A stretch of DNA of 64,000 nucleotides from an uncultured delta proteobacterium (lineage in GTDB: Bacteria; Desulfobacterota; BSN033; UBA1163): the NCBI GenBank assembly GCA_963708295.1, contig CAVPSJ010000016.1, positions 64,001 through 128,000 of the forward strand, written 5' to 3'. Positions 9,906-19,896 of the stretch are shown piece after piece. The notes under the pieces are model-generated. The model ran no database searches. It was given only the letters and a program-made list of their open reading frames with translations, and was not told the DNA's origin. The position numbers and the translations under genes were made by a program. Each line of letters starts with the position of its first letter. Positions within the stretch are counted from its first letter, which is position 1.

Positions 9906-11313
9906 TCAGTGCGTGATGCGTTCTCCGCCGCGATGGACGACATTATACGCGCATGTGGGCATCAGTCTTCCATCCGCGAGCATCGTGCGGCTGATGCACA
10001 TTTTGGCGCGCCCGATATCGAAGTTCAATCCATCCATGTAGGAATGGACGAGCACCACCTTGACCAGGTTTTGACTGCGGGCTTTGAATTCCTCGAGAGA
10101 GAGTGCGCCCGCAACCGGAAATAACATATCAATGAGATGGCGAATCGCCGCCAGTCCCTTTACCGTATCCGGATCCTTCTTCCCGCTGGCCCAAAGTCTA
10201 TTGACCACATCGCGGAAGAGACTCTCAAGTTCGGCGTTCAACACCAAAAGCGCTTTATTCGAGATGAGGGCTTGATAGTCTAGAGGGTCTAAGAACCGTT
10301 TCAGCGGAATGAACCCGCCGTCAGGCAGAGGCAGATGGTAAGCAATCTGCAGACATTCAGGATGCGAGAAGGACACGGGAGAAAAATCCGAAGCCAAAAT
10401 CGTTCCACCGGTTTGCGCCTCCAGGCGGATCAGGACATCCTGGGCGGTGATGCGGTGTTCTCTGCCATGGTCGAAACGGCTGCCTTTGCCTATATAAGCC
10501 ATGGTCGCAATATCCAGCGTGCCAATGGAGGGATCCGTTAGAAACATTTCGTAGAGTTTGCCAAGTTCGTGGTCGTTGATTCCGCCAACGATGGTTGGGC
10601 AAAGTCCGACTTTCGAGCCGGCGGTTTTGAGGACCGTCAGCGCCCGTCTCTTCTCGTCCAAAAGAGCTTTTCCTCTGAGCGTCGAGTAGATGCCGTCCGA
10701 GAAGCCATCCCATTGCAACACGACATAGAGGTTTTCTTTCGCCATTCGGCTGGCAAAGTTAGGATCGCCGGCAATCCGCTGGCCATTGGTGTACACCCAG
10801 ATGTCTTCGAATCCAAACTGTTTGAGCAGTCTCACAAGATCGAAGAAATGAGGGTGCACGGTTGGTTCTCCGCCACCCAACGTCACGATTTGCCCTGGTC
10901 CGGCATAGGCCAGAATGGCTTTTACCATGGATTCCATCTCGGCAATGGATACGAAATGGCCGTGTTTGTCAGGACTTCCAAGACAGATTGGACAATTGAG
11001 ATCACAGGCATTGGTAATCTCAAAGAGGAAGAAGGCTGATTTCTGCCGGTGTCCAGCACATTCTCCGCAGTCCAGAGGACATCCTTTGGCCATGACGGTC
11101 TGCCGGCTCGCCGGCGTAACCGTCTGAGCGGAGAAGGACTGTAAGCTCCGTAACCAATCGTAATCAGCAGGCGATGCGCGTTTTAAAAGAACCGTGATCT
11201 GGACAAAACTTCTCATGATGTACCCCTTGTTCATCCTCAACCAGGTCGGCCGTCAGTAAGCGGTGGCAGACCGGGCAAATACTTGCACGCGACTGATGAA
11301 AAATGCGTTTCAT
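9906..11313 (-). CDS. Radical SAM protein, Tes/GDGT-MAS-like, copy 3 (frameshift ~11170)
   Basis: ATG 11313 after GGAGGGG gives MKRIFHQSRASICPVC...KFCPDHG; continues in the 9906-11240 frame with GCPLDCGECAGH, CDLNCPIC, SHPEC, YMDGLNFD..R..C...DGRLMPTCAYN. Confidence 0.85.
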
Positions 11314-11410
11314 TTTCGCCCCTCCAAGAGTTTCTTAACTTTTCAGGGTATGTTATCCCGGATCTTTCATAAGAGTTTATCCATGTCCGTTTTTGCGACT
11401 GGCGGTTATC

Positions 11411-12748
11411 TCACACTCCCGGTTTTTTGATTCGAGCCGGTTTTGCGCGTACCGGCGTCGTGATAGATGTCTGGCACACCCTCAACGGTTCTAACTGAGA
11501 TGAGGTTCTCAGTTGCGCGTAAGTCGAATTCGACTCACACAAATGAAGGTCCACCGCTTCCGAATCCGCTGTTTCGCCGTCAAGGTAGAGGGTATACCCT
11601 CTACGATTCTGTCCAGAATGACTCTCAGACGTCAAGAAGTATTTCAAACTCAGGATGCCGCTTTTACGGACTGCTCTCACAACCTCGTCTTCAGTAAGCC
11701 AATCGCCTCCCAGGTCAAAGCTCCGGCAATCGCGTCCGTGAATTTTTATGACGGGCGGTCTGAGGCTGATGAGAGAAACCACGTCACCGGTTTGATAGTT
11801 CCACAGTCCGCCCGGAGTTGTAACACAGAGCTTATACTTCTGGTTGAGAGCCACGGTTCCAAGGCCTGCGATTTGGCCTTTTCTGTCCATGGGAAGAAAC
11901 GTAAAGAACACTCGTCGATAATTTAGCAGAAATACTCCTGCAGATTGGGGCAGACCATACGTCCCTTCATTCGAGCCATAGACATCCACCACAGTAGCAT
12001 TCGGGAAGGCTGACTTATAAAGGTGGGCTTGGTCTACCGCCCAGTAACCACAATTGAAGACAATTTGCACGTCAGGTAGCACGATGTCTGTGGCGAGGGT
12101 AAAGGCAACGATTTCTATCGGATTGCCGGCAATTACCGTGACCCGGTGACGGAGTGCAAGGTCTGCAAGCCGAGTGAAATTGGGAGGTTCTTCCTGCTCA
12201 GGAAGATCCTTGTAAGTGGGAAGAAACCTGCTCCTGAAGGTTTGTAAATAGGCAAAGGGTGTACCTTCGGCATAGACTGTCCATCGACCCAAGGGCCGTC
12301 CCTTTCTGGGGCCAATATACAATGTCTTGCCATGCTGCCAGGACAGAGAGCCATGCTGCAAGCCGCCAAGGAGCGCCGCGTCGACCGCCGTACTCCGTGT
12401 GCTTCTGAGGATCGCACGACTCAAGGGAATCAGTTTCGGCATAGCCTCCGTTCCTGATGTCATTTCGAAGCACTCGGGTCTGCCCGCAAAGAGCACATCG
12501 TCTTCACCTGCGATGATTGCCTCGATACTCGTTCGGAAATCATCGTAAGATTTTGGCGGCACCCGCTCCAGAAAATCCTGGTTTTTTTGAATCGAGGCAA
12601 AATCGTGCTCCTTGCCGAAGGCTGTTTCTGCGCTCCTCTTCACCAGTCGAAGCAAAAGCTTCTTCTGGGAAACGAGCGGATCAGCATTCAAGAGCTGCCA
12701 CTTCCGTAACGTGGCAAGAGCCAAAAGAAACCGGTTTTCGATAGCCAT
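11411..12748 (-). CDS. GH3-family acyl-acid amido synthetase (ANL adenylating superfamily)
   Basis: T.FG.EH.F, MTSGT..PKLIP, YGSNEG, GGLWNYQTGDVV, GR motifs. Confidence 0.85.
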   Translation of the reverse strand: MAIENRFLLALATLRKWQLLNADPLVSQKKLLLRLVKRSAETAFGKEHDFASIQKNQDFLERVPPKSYDDFRTSIEAIIAGEDDVLFAGRPECFEMTSGTEAMPKLIPLSRAILRSTRSTAVDAALLGGLQHGSLSWQHGKTLYIGPRKGRPLGRWTVYAEGTPFAYLQTFRSRFLPTYKDLPEQEEPPNFTRLADLALRHRVTVIAGNPIEIVAFTLATDIVLPDVQIVFNCGYWAVDQAHLYKSAFPNATVVDVYGSNEGTYGLPQSAGVFLLNYRRVFFTFLPMDRKGQIAGLGTVALNQKYKLCVTTPGGLWNYQTGDVVSLISLRPPVIKIHGRDCRSFDLGGDWLTEDEVVRAVRKSGILSLKYFLTSESHSGQNRRGYTLYLDGETADSEAVDLHLCESNSTYAQLRTSSQLEPLRVCQTSITTPVRAKPARIKKPGV

Positions 12749-12916
12749 TGGATTTGCTTCAGAGTGGCCAAGGAACGTCTGTCTTTCGGAGAGGAGTCTA
12801 CTTTTTCCCGGATGGCATGTCAACCTTTTTCTGGAAACGAAAGTCGACAAACCTCCCGCTGGCAAAACCCTCCCTTGGTCAACCCCAGTGACCGAGAAGT
12901 GAGAAGGTTTTTTTGC

Positions 12917-12946
12917 TTGACAAAGATTCATGGGATTGTTTAGAAA
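12917..12946 (+). promoter_or_regulatory. Sigma70-like promoter upstream of the cupin gene
   Basis: TTGACA at 12917, then 17-18 bp to TTAGAA/TAGAAA. Confidence 0.4.
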
Positions 12947-13004
12947 TTCGGTGAGGCACTCGCATCAGAAAGGCGATGATCTCTCTTCGAGAAAGGAGTA
13001 CACC

Positions 13005-13370
13005 ATGAAGGTCTTCAAGTCGGAAGAGTATATTAAGATGAAGAACCCAACCCCCGGGCAGCCTTACCGGCCGGAGATTCTTACCCAGGAGCATCAGGCG
13101 AAGAATCTGGGAGGGATGTTCGGTCTCCTGGTGGCGGGTAGCCAGGTGCCTTATCATTACCACAACTACCGGGAGTCAATCATCATTGTCATCAGCGGGG
13201 AAGCGACGGAAGTCGTCGAAGGCAAGGAGTTTCCGATCAAGGCTGGCGATGTTTTATTTATTCCCTCGGGTGAGAAACATACGACCATTAACAGGTCCAA
13301 GCAGGATTTTCGATATCTGGAATTCTTCACCCATCCGCCCATCGGCGCCGATTTCGTCGAAGTGAAATAA
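13005..13370 (+). CDS. Cupin-domain protein
   Basis: AAGGAG RBS; HYH..RES.I...SG and GDVLFIPSGEKH motifs. Confidence 0.85.
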   Translation: MKVFKSEEYIKMKNPTPGQPYRPEILTQEHQAKNLGGMFGLLVAGSQVPYHYHNYRESIIIVISGEATEVVEGKEFPIKAGDVLFIPSGEKHTTINRSKQDFRYLEFFTHPPIGADFVEVK

Positions 13371-13384
13371 AAGAAACTTTTATC

Positions 13385-13585
13385 TCACCGCGGAGACGCG
13401 AAGATCGCAGAGAGAATCTGCTTTTGATCCAATCGGGAGATGGCGATTGGACCAAAGACCGTTTTCTTCGAGAGTCAGGTTGTCGCAGGACGCCCTTTTC
13501 GTGAGGGACAAGCCATTTTGATTTGCGGCCGTCTCCCCGCAAATCAAAAGTTCCTTTCTCAGCGTTCTCTGTGCCTCTGCGGTGA
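13385..13585. repeat. MITE-like element with imperfect terminal inverted repeats TCACCGCGGAGACGC / GTGCCTCTGCGGTGA
   Basis: Inverted ends between convergent genes. Confidence 0.6.
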
Positions 13586-13624
13586 ATTCATGTCTCTTTC
13601 AAGAGGCTGCGTCGATAGCAAAAT

Positions 13625-14668
13625 TCAAATTATGAGAGCGGCTCTTCCGGTGATTTTATTCGCTAAGATCATCTGGTGGGCCGTCTCGGCCTCCTCTAAA
13701 GGGAACGTCCTCGTCACAACGGGTTTGATTTTGCCTTGTTGAACAAGCTTCACGGCGTCAATCAGTTCTGCCATGGAGACGTATCGAGATCCGTGGACCT
13801 CAAGCCCTTTCTGCAACACGACCAGGGGATCGAGCCGAAAGCTTGGATCCACCTTGAAGACACTTGACGGCCGATATCCGAGGATGACGAGCTTTCCAGC
13901 CCTAGCCAGGCTTTCAAATCCCGCCTGCAATGTTTGAGAAGAAGCAACAAAATCGAGGACAGCTTCGGCGCCTTTACCGTCTGTCAGCCGCAAGACTTCT
14001 TGCGCCAGATTGTTTTCCTTGGTATCGATGATCTCATCGGCCCCTAGTGTCTTCGCCCTCTCAAGCTTCTCTCTTGAGATATCAGCGGCAAGGACCCTGC
14101 CTCCGCAGAGTCTTGCCATCTGCACGGCATGAATCCCCACACCCCCTCCGGCGCCAATGACAAGGACCGTATCTCCGGGTCCCACGTTTGCTTCCTCCCG
14201 GCAAGCATGGAGCGGTGTGGCGATCGCGTCTGAGATGATGGAGGCTTCTGTAAAAGGAATCGATTCGGGCAGAGGACAGAGATTGAGGGCCGGGGCGCAC
14301 ATATACTCGGCATAACCTCCGTCGCAGGCCATGCCGACGTACCCTCTCCAATTCTCGCAGAGGGTTTCCCGCCCGCTTCGGCAGAATTTGCAAACTTTGC
14401 AGGTCAGGTAGAAATGGCAGACCACCCGATCCCCAATTTTAACATTGCTCACTTCACTGCCGATCTCGACAATCTCTCCCGCGACTTCATGCCCTAGGAT
14501 TCTCGGATATCGGGTGACGAGTCCCGGAGTGTTTTTCATGATGATGATCGTCAATCCCACTCCTGCGGCCCTGACCCGGATCTTTGCCTCGCAAGGACCT
14601 ACACGGGGTTCGTCCACCTCGTTGAATGTGACCGGACCTCCCAACTCATGAAGAAGCATCGCTCTCAT
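13625..14668 (-). CDS. Zinc-dependent alcohol dehydrogenase (MDR family)
   Basis: GHE.AG, structural CKVCKFC...C, GAGGGVG. Confidence 0.92.
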   Translation of the reverse strand: MRAMLLHELGGPVTFNEVDEPRVGPCEAKIRVRAAGVGLTIIIMKNTPGLVTRYPRILGHEVAGEIVEIGSEVSNVKIGDRVVCHFYLTCKVCKFCRSGRETLCENWRGYVGMACDGGYAEYMCAPALNLCPLPESIPFTEASIISDAIATPLHACREEANVGPGDTVLVIGAGGGVGIHAVQMARLCGGRVLAADISREKLERAKTLGADEIIDTKENNLAQEVLRLTDGKGAEAVLDFVASSQTLQAGFESLARAGKLVILGYRPSSVFKVDPSFRLDPLVVLQKGLEVHGSRYVSMAELIDAVKLVQQGKIKPVVTRTFPLEEAETAHQMILANKITGRAALII

Positions 14669-14692
14669 TGGTTTCCCTCCACCCTTTCTTCA

Positions 14693-14978
14693 TCAACCTC
14701 CTGCTCAAGCCGAGCGAACCGTAAAGGTGATCTCATCCCCATCGACGGAAACGTAATTTGTTTCGAGCTCTCTCAAGGGAAGCGACGTTTCTCCCGTTCA
14801 CGAGAACGACGCAGCCCTCCTGCAGGGAGAGATCGTCCTTGAGAAATCGTCTCCAGGGTCCTTCATGATGTCTTTGGAGGGAGGCGAGCACGTCTCGCAG
14901 CGTGGCGGATTCAAGGTCCAAAGTGATCGGCCGTTTTAAAGAAAATTCCGTTCCGAATACGTTAGTGATGATTGTCAT
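14693..14978 (-). CDS. MoaD/ThiS-family sulfur carrier (3' end scrambled)
   Basis: VLVNGRN...DGDEITF...AGG-stop; lies directly downstream of the AOR gene. Confidence 0.7.
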
Positions 14979-15000
14979 GAATGGAGAACGTTTCTCTTCT

Positions 15001-15177
15001 TGACCGGAGCGTGCCCCGTCCCGCCAAAGCGGGATAGGCGGGGTTAAGGGGCGCAATATGAATGAAATTTCCTTTGCTCACATTCTGTTCGCCACTGGCG
15101 TGCCCGGGAAGCTCTTCGACATGCTCAGAGCCGGGAGCTTTCGTCGAACGGCCCCGCCCTGTGGGCGGCGAGCTTCA
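15001..15177. repeat. Palindrome-ended repeat family B, copy 1
   Basis: TGACCGG...GGCGGGG.TAAGGGGC...GAATGAAATTTCCTTTGCTC...GCCCCGCCCT.TGGGCGG.GAGCTTCA, shared with 54086-54219 and 20850-20957. Confidence 0.8.
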
Positions 15178-15180
15178 ATT

Positions 15181-17005
15181 TCAGAGTTGATGCTTCTTGA
15201 GGGTCTCTTCGGTCGGGATTCCCGAGACATCCCATCCCCTCAAGGCATAGTATTCGTCGATCATCTGGTTGAGGTTTTCTTCGCCGATAAACTGTCCTTT
15301 GGCCGGTCCGTCGGGAAGGGGTTCGTTGAGCGTCCGGTAGGGAAGCGTATCGTCTTCCCGCGTGAATCCCTCCCTGTTGTTGAACATCCGGATGAGCGTT
15401 TCAATGCGGTCGGCGATCTTCAGGAAGTCTTCTTTTGAAACGGACTCTCCGCTGGCAGCATGGTAATACTCAGAATAGACATCCAGCGACATGGGAACGA
15501 ACTTGGCGGGCATATCGCAAACCAGCAAGGAATGAAGGACGCAGTTTTCATCGTACAATTCTTTGATCATGGCCGCCTTGCCTTCGATGGTGTAAGGAGG
15601 ATAACCCCCGAGAATCTCTTTTGCAGGAGGCCAGGCCCTTCGATGGCAGGCCCCTCTCGGGCTCACGGCATAGGAGAGTCCCGATCCGAAAGCACCTCTG
15701 GGTTCATAAGCAGGAAACTCCAATCCCCTTGACGTGCATCGCAAATCGTTCGGAGTCGTTGCCCACGTAGCGCGGCGACAGCTCCTCACTCCTTCCGCTA
15801 GGATGTCCCCAAAACCCTGTCGCATGGCTATTCATTTCAACGGCCGCGAGGCTGGCATCGGCATCTCCAAAACGGATTTCCAAACCCTCTGTCTGGCTTG
15901 AGGAGATCAATTCCCTTTCGAAACATTCCATGACAAAGGCAATGATGTTGCCCGCCGAAATCGTATCGATTCCCAGTTTGTCGCAGAGAATATTGGCCTG
16001 CATGACGACGGGAAGACAGTCAATGAGCTGATTCGATCCAAACATGCCCAGGGTCTCATATTCCGGCCCTTCGAGGGTGATGCCTTTGTATTTGCCCTCA
16101 GAGACTTCGGTGACCAAGCTGCAATGTATGAAACAGGAGAGACAGGCCTTATGGCTCTTGAGGCTCTTATAGACGCCGACGGAATCGATTTTCTCCAAGG
16201 CCTTCTCCCAAGTACCGAAGCGAAAATTCATCGTAGGCAGAATTCCACCTACGTGGGTTACGTTCAGGGTCAGAGGGGTCCCGAACTTCATTCTGGCCTG
16301 AGCCACGGGGCTTTTCAGTGCGATCCGGTAGTTTTTGCGGTTCAGATCGACGATCGCCTGGCGATCAAAGGTCTCAACGCTTTTGTCTCCCTTGACCACA
16401 ATGGCCTTGAGGTTCTTTGAGCCCATGACCGCTCCCACGCCACCCCTCCCGGCCTGGCGGTAAAGGTCGCTGTTGATGCAGGCGAACTTGACCAGCTTCT
16501 CGCCCGCCGGACCGATCGATGAGACCCCTGCGGACGGATTTTTCTCCATCTCTTTCAGCATCCGCTCCGTTTCGAAGCTGTCTTTTCCCCAGAGGAAACG
16601 TGCGTCTCGGATTTCGATACCCTTGCCGTCCATCCTGAGATAGCAGGGATGATTGGATTTCCCGCGGATCACCAGGCCATCGTAGCCTGCCTTCTTTAAT
16701 TCCACCGATATCCTTCCGCTGGAATAGCTATCGCACCAACCCTGAGTCAGCGGTGATTTGGTGACCACGACGAATTTGGAGGAACCGGTAACATAGGTTC
16801 CTGTGAGCGGTCCGGTCAAAAAGAAGAGCAGGTTCTCCGGAGAGAGGGGGTCTGTCTTCGGTGGCAGCATATCATAGAGAAGCTTGATTCCTAACCCTCT
16901 CCCGCCCAGGTATTTCTCATACAATTCCTTCTTGACGGGGAGTGTTTTGGACTTCCCTGAAGTCAGATCTATCTCTAAAAGTCTCCCGCAAATTCCTTTC
17001 ATCAT
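15181..17005 (-). CDS. aor: Aldehyde:ferredoxin oxidoreductase (W/Mo-dependent AOR family); frameshifts ~15730-15840
   Basis: YLGGRGLG, KSPLT, GRGG.GAVMGSKNLKAI, C..C...C, GPEYET, CD.LG.DTIS, RGACH, EYY..RGWD motifs. Confidence 0.88.
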
Positions 17006-17150
17006 TGCCTCTTTGAAGAAAATTACTCAATGTTTAACTATAAGATATCATCTATCGCTGCGCCAATATAGGCGCACCTTCGTAAGCTTTGGAGCCCGGT
17101 TGTTTGTCCCGTTTTTCCCTTCCTTCGTCCGGTTACGGCACTGTCTCCAT

Positions 17151-18075
17151 TTATCTCTTTCTCATCCCGGGAGAAGTCCGTTTTCCTTTTCTCGATAATC
17201 CGGCCATTTCTTCATAGATCTTCATGACGGCCGTGGCATCCTCCCGGTCCCAGCCATTGTAATGGGCCTTCAACAGGAGCTGCTGATAGAGCGCTCCCAC
17301 TGGAAGCATAACGCCCAGTCGCTTCGCTGTTTCCATTGAGAGGGCCAGATCCTTGTTGGCGATGATCACAGGGCCTTTCGGGGAAAAAATGCCGCTGAGC
17401 ATATCCCTTCCACGCGAGATAAGGAGATCGCTTGAGGCAGCCCCTGAGGTGATTACATCGAACAACACATCAGGCCTGAGGCCCGCCTTCATGCCCAGCA
17501 CCAACCCCTCAATCGCAGCGGCCTGATTGAGGTACAAAGTATGATTGATGACAAGCTTTAATGTCGCCCCGTCCCCCATCCTTCCGGCATACACCGACTT
17601 TTTGCCGATTTGATCCAGAACGGGCTTGATCCTCTCGAAGACGGATCGCTTGCCCCCTGCCATGAAGACCATATTTCCCATCCGGGCTTGAGCAGAAGAT
17701 CCGGAGATGGGAACGTCCATCCATTCGATCCCCTTTTGGGCGAGCCTCTCCCCCATCGCCCTGCTCTCCCAGGGGGGGGGAGGTACTGGTGTCCAACACG
17801 ATCAGACCCTTTTGCGCGCCCGCAGTTATACCGTCTTTCCCCTCAAGCGCCTCAAGAACCGCGTTCCAGTTAGGGAGGGAGAGTATTACGAGGTCGGCTC
17901 CTCTTGCCGCTTCTTTTGGAGAATGCGCTGTCTTCAGCCCGAGGGGAACCAGATTGGCAACTTGCTTCTTCACGATATCAAAACCCTTTACCGGATAGCC
18001 TGCCTTCATCAGCAATGTGGCAATCGGTGTCCCCATCAGGCCGAGGCCGATGACCGAGATTTTCCTGATTTCCAT
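17151..18075 (-). CDS. 3-hydroxyisobutyrate/6-phosphogluconate dehydrogenase-family oxidoreductase; +1 frameshift in G9 run 17772-17780
   Basis: IGLGLMG, D.PISG, KL..N motifs; removing one G restores the frame. Confidence 0.88.
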
Positions 18076-18121
18076 GAAATTCACTTCCTCCTTCTCAACG
18101 TGGGCGTTTGTCGCCTGCCTG

Positions 18122-19177
18122 TCAGACTTTTAGATCCACCGGTTTCCCGGTGCGAGCTGAATCAATGGCCGCCCGAATCAATGCCAGGGCGACCAGGGCC
18201 CCCTGTCCGTCCGTTTCGGGTTTTTTCCCGGTGCGGATACAGTCGGCGAATTCATCGATCTCTTCGAGGATCGGATCGCCGATCGGGAAGGAAATGTTTT
18301 CGGGTTTATCCTTGGTCTTGCCGATGAGCTGCAGGACGGTATATTTGTCAACGACCGGCCAGATCCGGAGGTACTCTTCAAGAGGCGCGTTGGGGAGAGC
18401 GAGGTTGCAGAAGAGCTGGGCATCGGTTCCATAAACATAGATCCAGTTCGTCCTGGGCGTCACATAACTGGACCCGATATAGCCCAGAGCGCCTGACTCG
18501 AATTGGAAAGTCGTCATGGTCACGTCCTCCACATCCGCACGGGTATAGAGCTTATTGAAGAAGGCGAAGACCTTCTGAATAGGCCCGAAATAGTAGTTCA
18601 GTGTGTCGGCATGATGGACCCCCATGGTCATCAGGGCTCCTGCAGGACAGCCCGAGTCGTCTCCGCGCCATCGCCATTTATCGGGTGTCAATTCAAACCC
18701 CATCCTTCCGGAGAAATTGGATTCCACCATGACAGGCTTCCCGATGGCCCCCTGATCGATTAACTCCTTGGCTTTTCGAAATCCGGATACCCGTCGTATA
18801 TCGTGGCCGGCCAGCAAAACCACCCCCGCCTTCTGGCAGGCTTCGATCATCTTTTTTCCGTCGGCCAACGTGTTGGCAATGGGCTTGTCGACAAAGACGT
18901 GTTTCCCATGTTGAGCCGCCAGCACGGCATGCTCGGCATGGACGGCATTCGGCGTGACAAGGAGAACGCCTTCCACGTCATCCCGCTTCAGGACGTCTTC
19001 AAAACTCTTCTCCTGATCGCATCCGTGCTTCTGGCTGAAGGCCAGCCGCTTTTCGGGCGTTCTTGCATAGCAGGTGACCAGTCTCGCCTTCTTGCTTCTC
19101 AGGACGGTGCTGCCGATGATGCCGCCCCAACCTCCAATACCGATGAGAGCCATCCCTACCTTGTCCTGTTTCGCCAT
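18122..19177 (-). CDS. Gfo/Idh/MocA oxidoreductase
   Basis: IGIGGWG, GKHVFVDKP, G.L...GVH..D. Confidence 0.9.
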   Translation of the reverse strand: MAKQDKVGMALIGIGGWGGIIGSTVLRSKKARLVTCYARTPEKRLAFSQKHGCDQEKSFEDVLKRDDVEGVLLVTPNAVHAEHAVLAAQHGKHVFVDKPIANTLADGKKMIEACQKAGVVLLAGHDIRRVSGFRKAKELIDQGAIGKPVMVESNFSGRMGFELTPDKWRWRGDDSGCPAGALMTMGVHHADTLNYYFGPIQKVFAFFNKLYTRADVEDVTMTTFQFESGALGYIGSSYVTPRTNWIYVYGTDAQLFCNLALPNAPLEEYLRIWPVVDKYTVLQLIGKTKDKPENISFPIGDPILEEIDEFADCIRTGKKPETDGQGALVALALIRAAIDSARTGKPVDLKV

Positions 19178-19501
19178 GGAAACTTCCTCCTTTGCTATTC
19201 GAATTTCCCCGGGTCCAGCAAGATTTTAACCATTTAGGATTTTTCTTGTCAAACCCATTTTGCTTCAGGTCCAAGAAACTCCCATTCACCCGAACCGCAG
19301 AGGCACTTAGATTTCTTACTTCCTTGAACCGGGAAACGCGGGTACCGCCACGGTTGAAAAATGATTGGATATCGGCTTATAATGCTCGTGATTCCGAAAC
19401 GATGATCAATCCTTCCTGTCAACCCGCCTCGATGACGGTTTCAGAGAAGAGAGTAAGCGAGTTGATCAAAGGGAGTCAAAATTTCCGAGGAGGTCTTGAA
19501 C

Positions 19502-19852
19502 ATGCCATTTTTTAAGTGGAGCGAGATGAAAGCGGATTATATCACCCCCAGTTATTCCCGCGCCCACGGACCGGCAATCAAAGGTGAGAAGATCGAGGTG
19601 GCCTTGATCCACTACCCGGCCGGAACGGTGGCGAAGCCTCACACTCACCCGAACGAGCAGGTCCAGGTCGTGATGAAAGGGAAGGCGAAATATCGGGTGG
19701 GGAAAGATGAGAAGGTTCTGGGGCCGGGAGAAGCGGTCCTCATCCCTGCAAACACCGAGCACGAGGTGGAGATTCTGGAGGATATGGAGGTCATTAACTG
19801 TAAGGATGCCGTTGCGGGATGGAGTGTCTATGACGCGCGGTGGGAAAAATAG
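19502..19852 (+). CDS. Cupin-domain protein
   Basis: PHTHPNEQ and GEAVLIPANTEH. Confidence 0.88.
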   Translation: MPFFKWSEMKADYITPSYSRAHGPAIKGEKIEVALIHYPAGTVAKPHTHPNEQVQVVMKGKAKYRVGKDEKVLGPGEAVLIPANTEHEVEILEDMEVINCKDAVAGWSVYDARWEK

Positions 19853-19896
19853 CCCGCTGTTGATTTTGCTCATTTCTTCGAAAGAAATCGGGGACG

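Noticed and set aside
17772-17780. G9 tract as a phase-variation switch
   Set aside because: The gene is cytoplasmic and metabolic, and the window has many other indels; a homopolymer sequencing error is simpler
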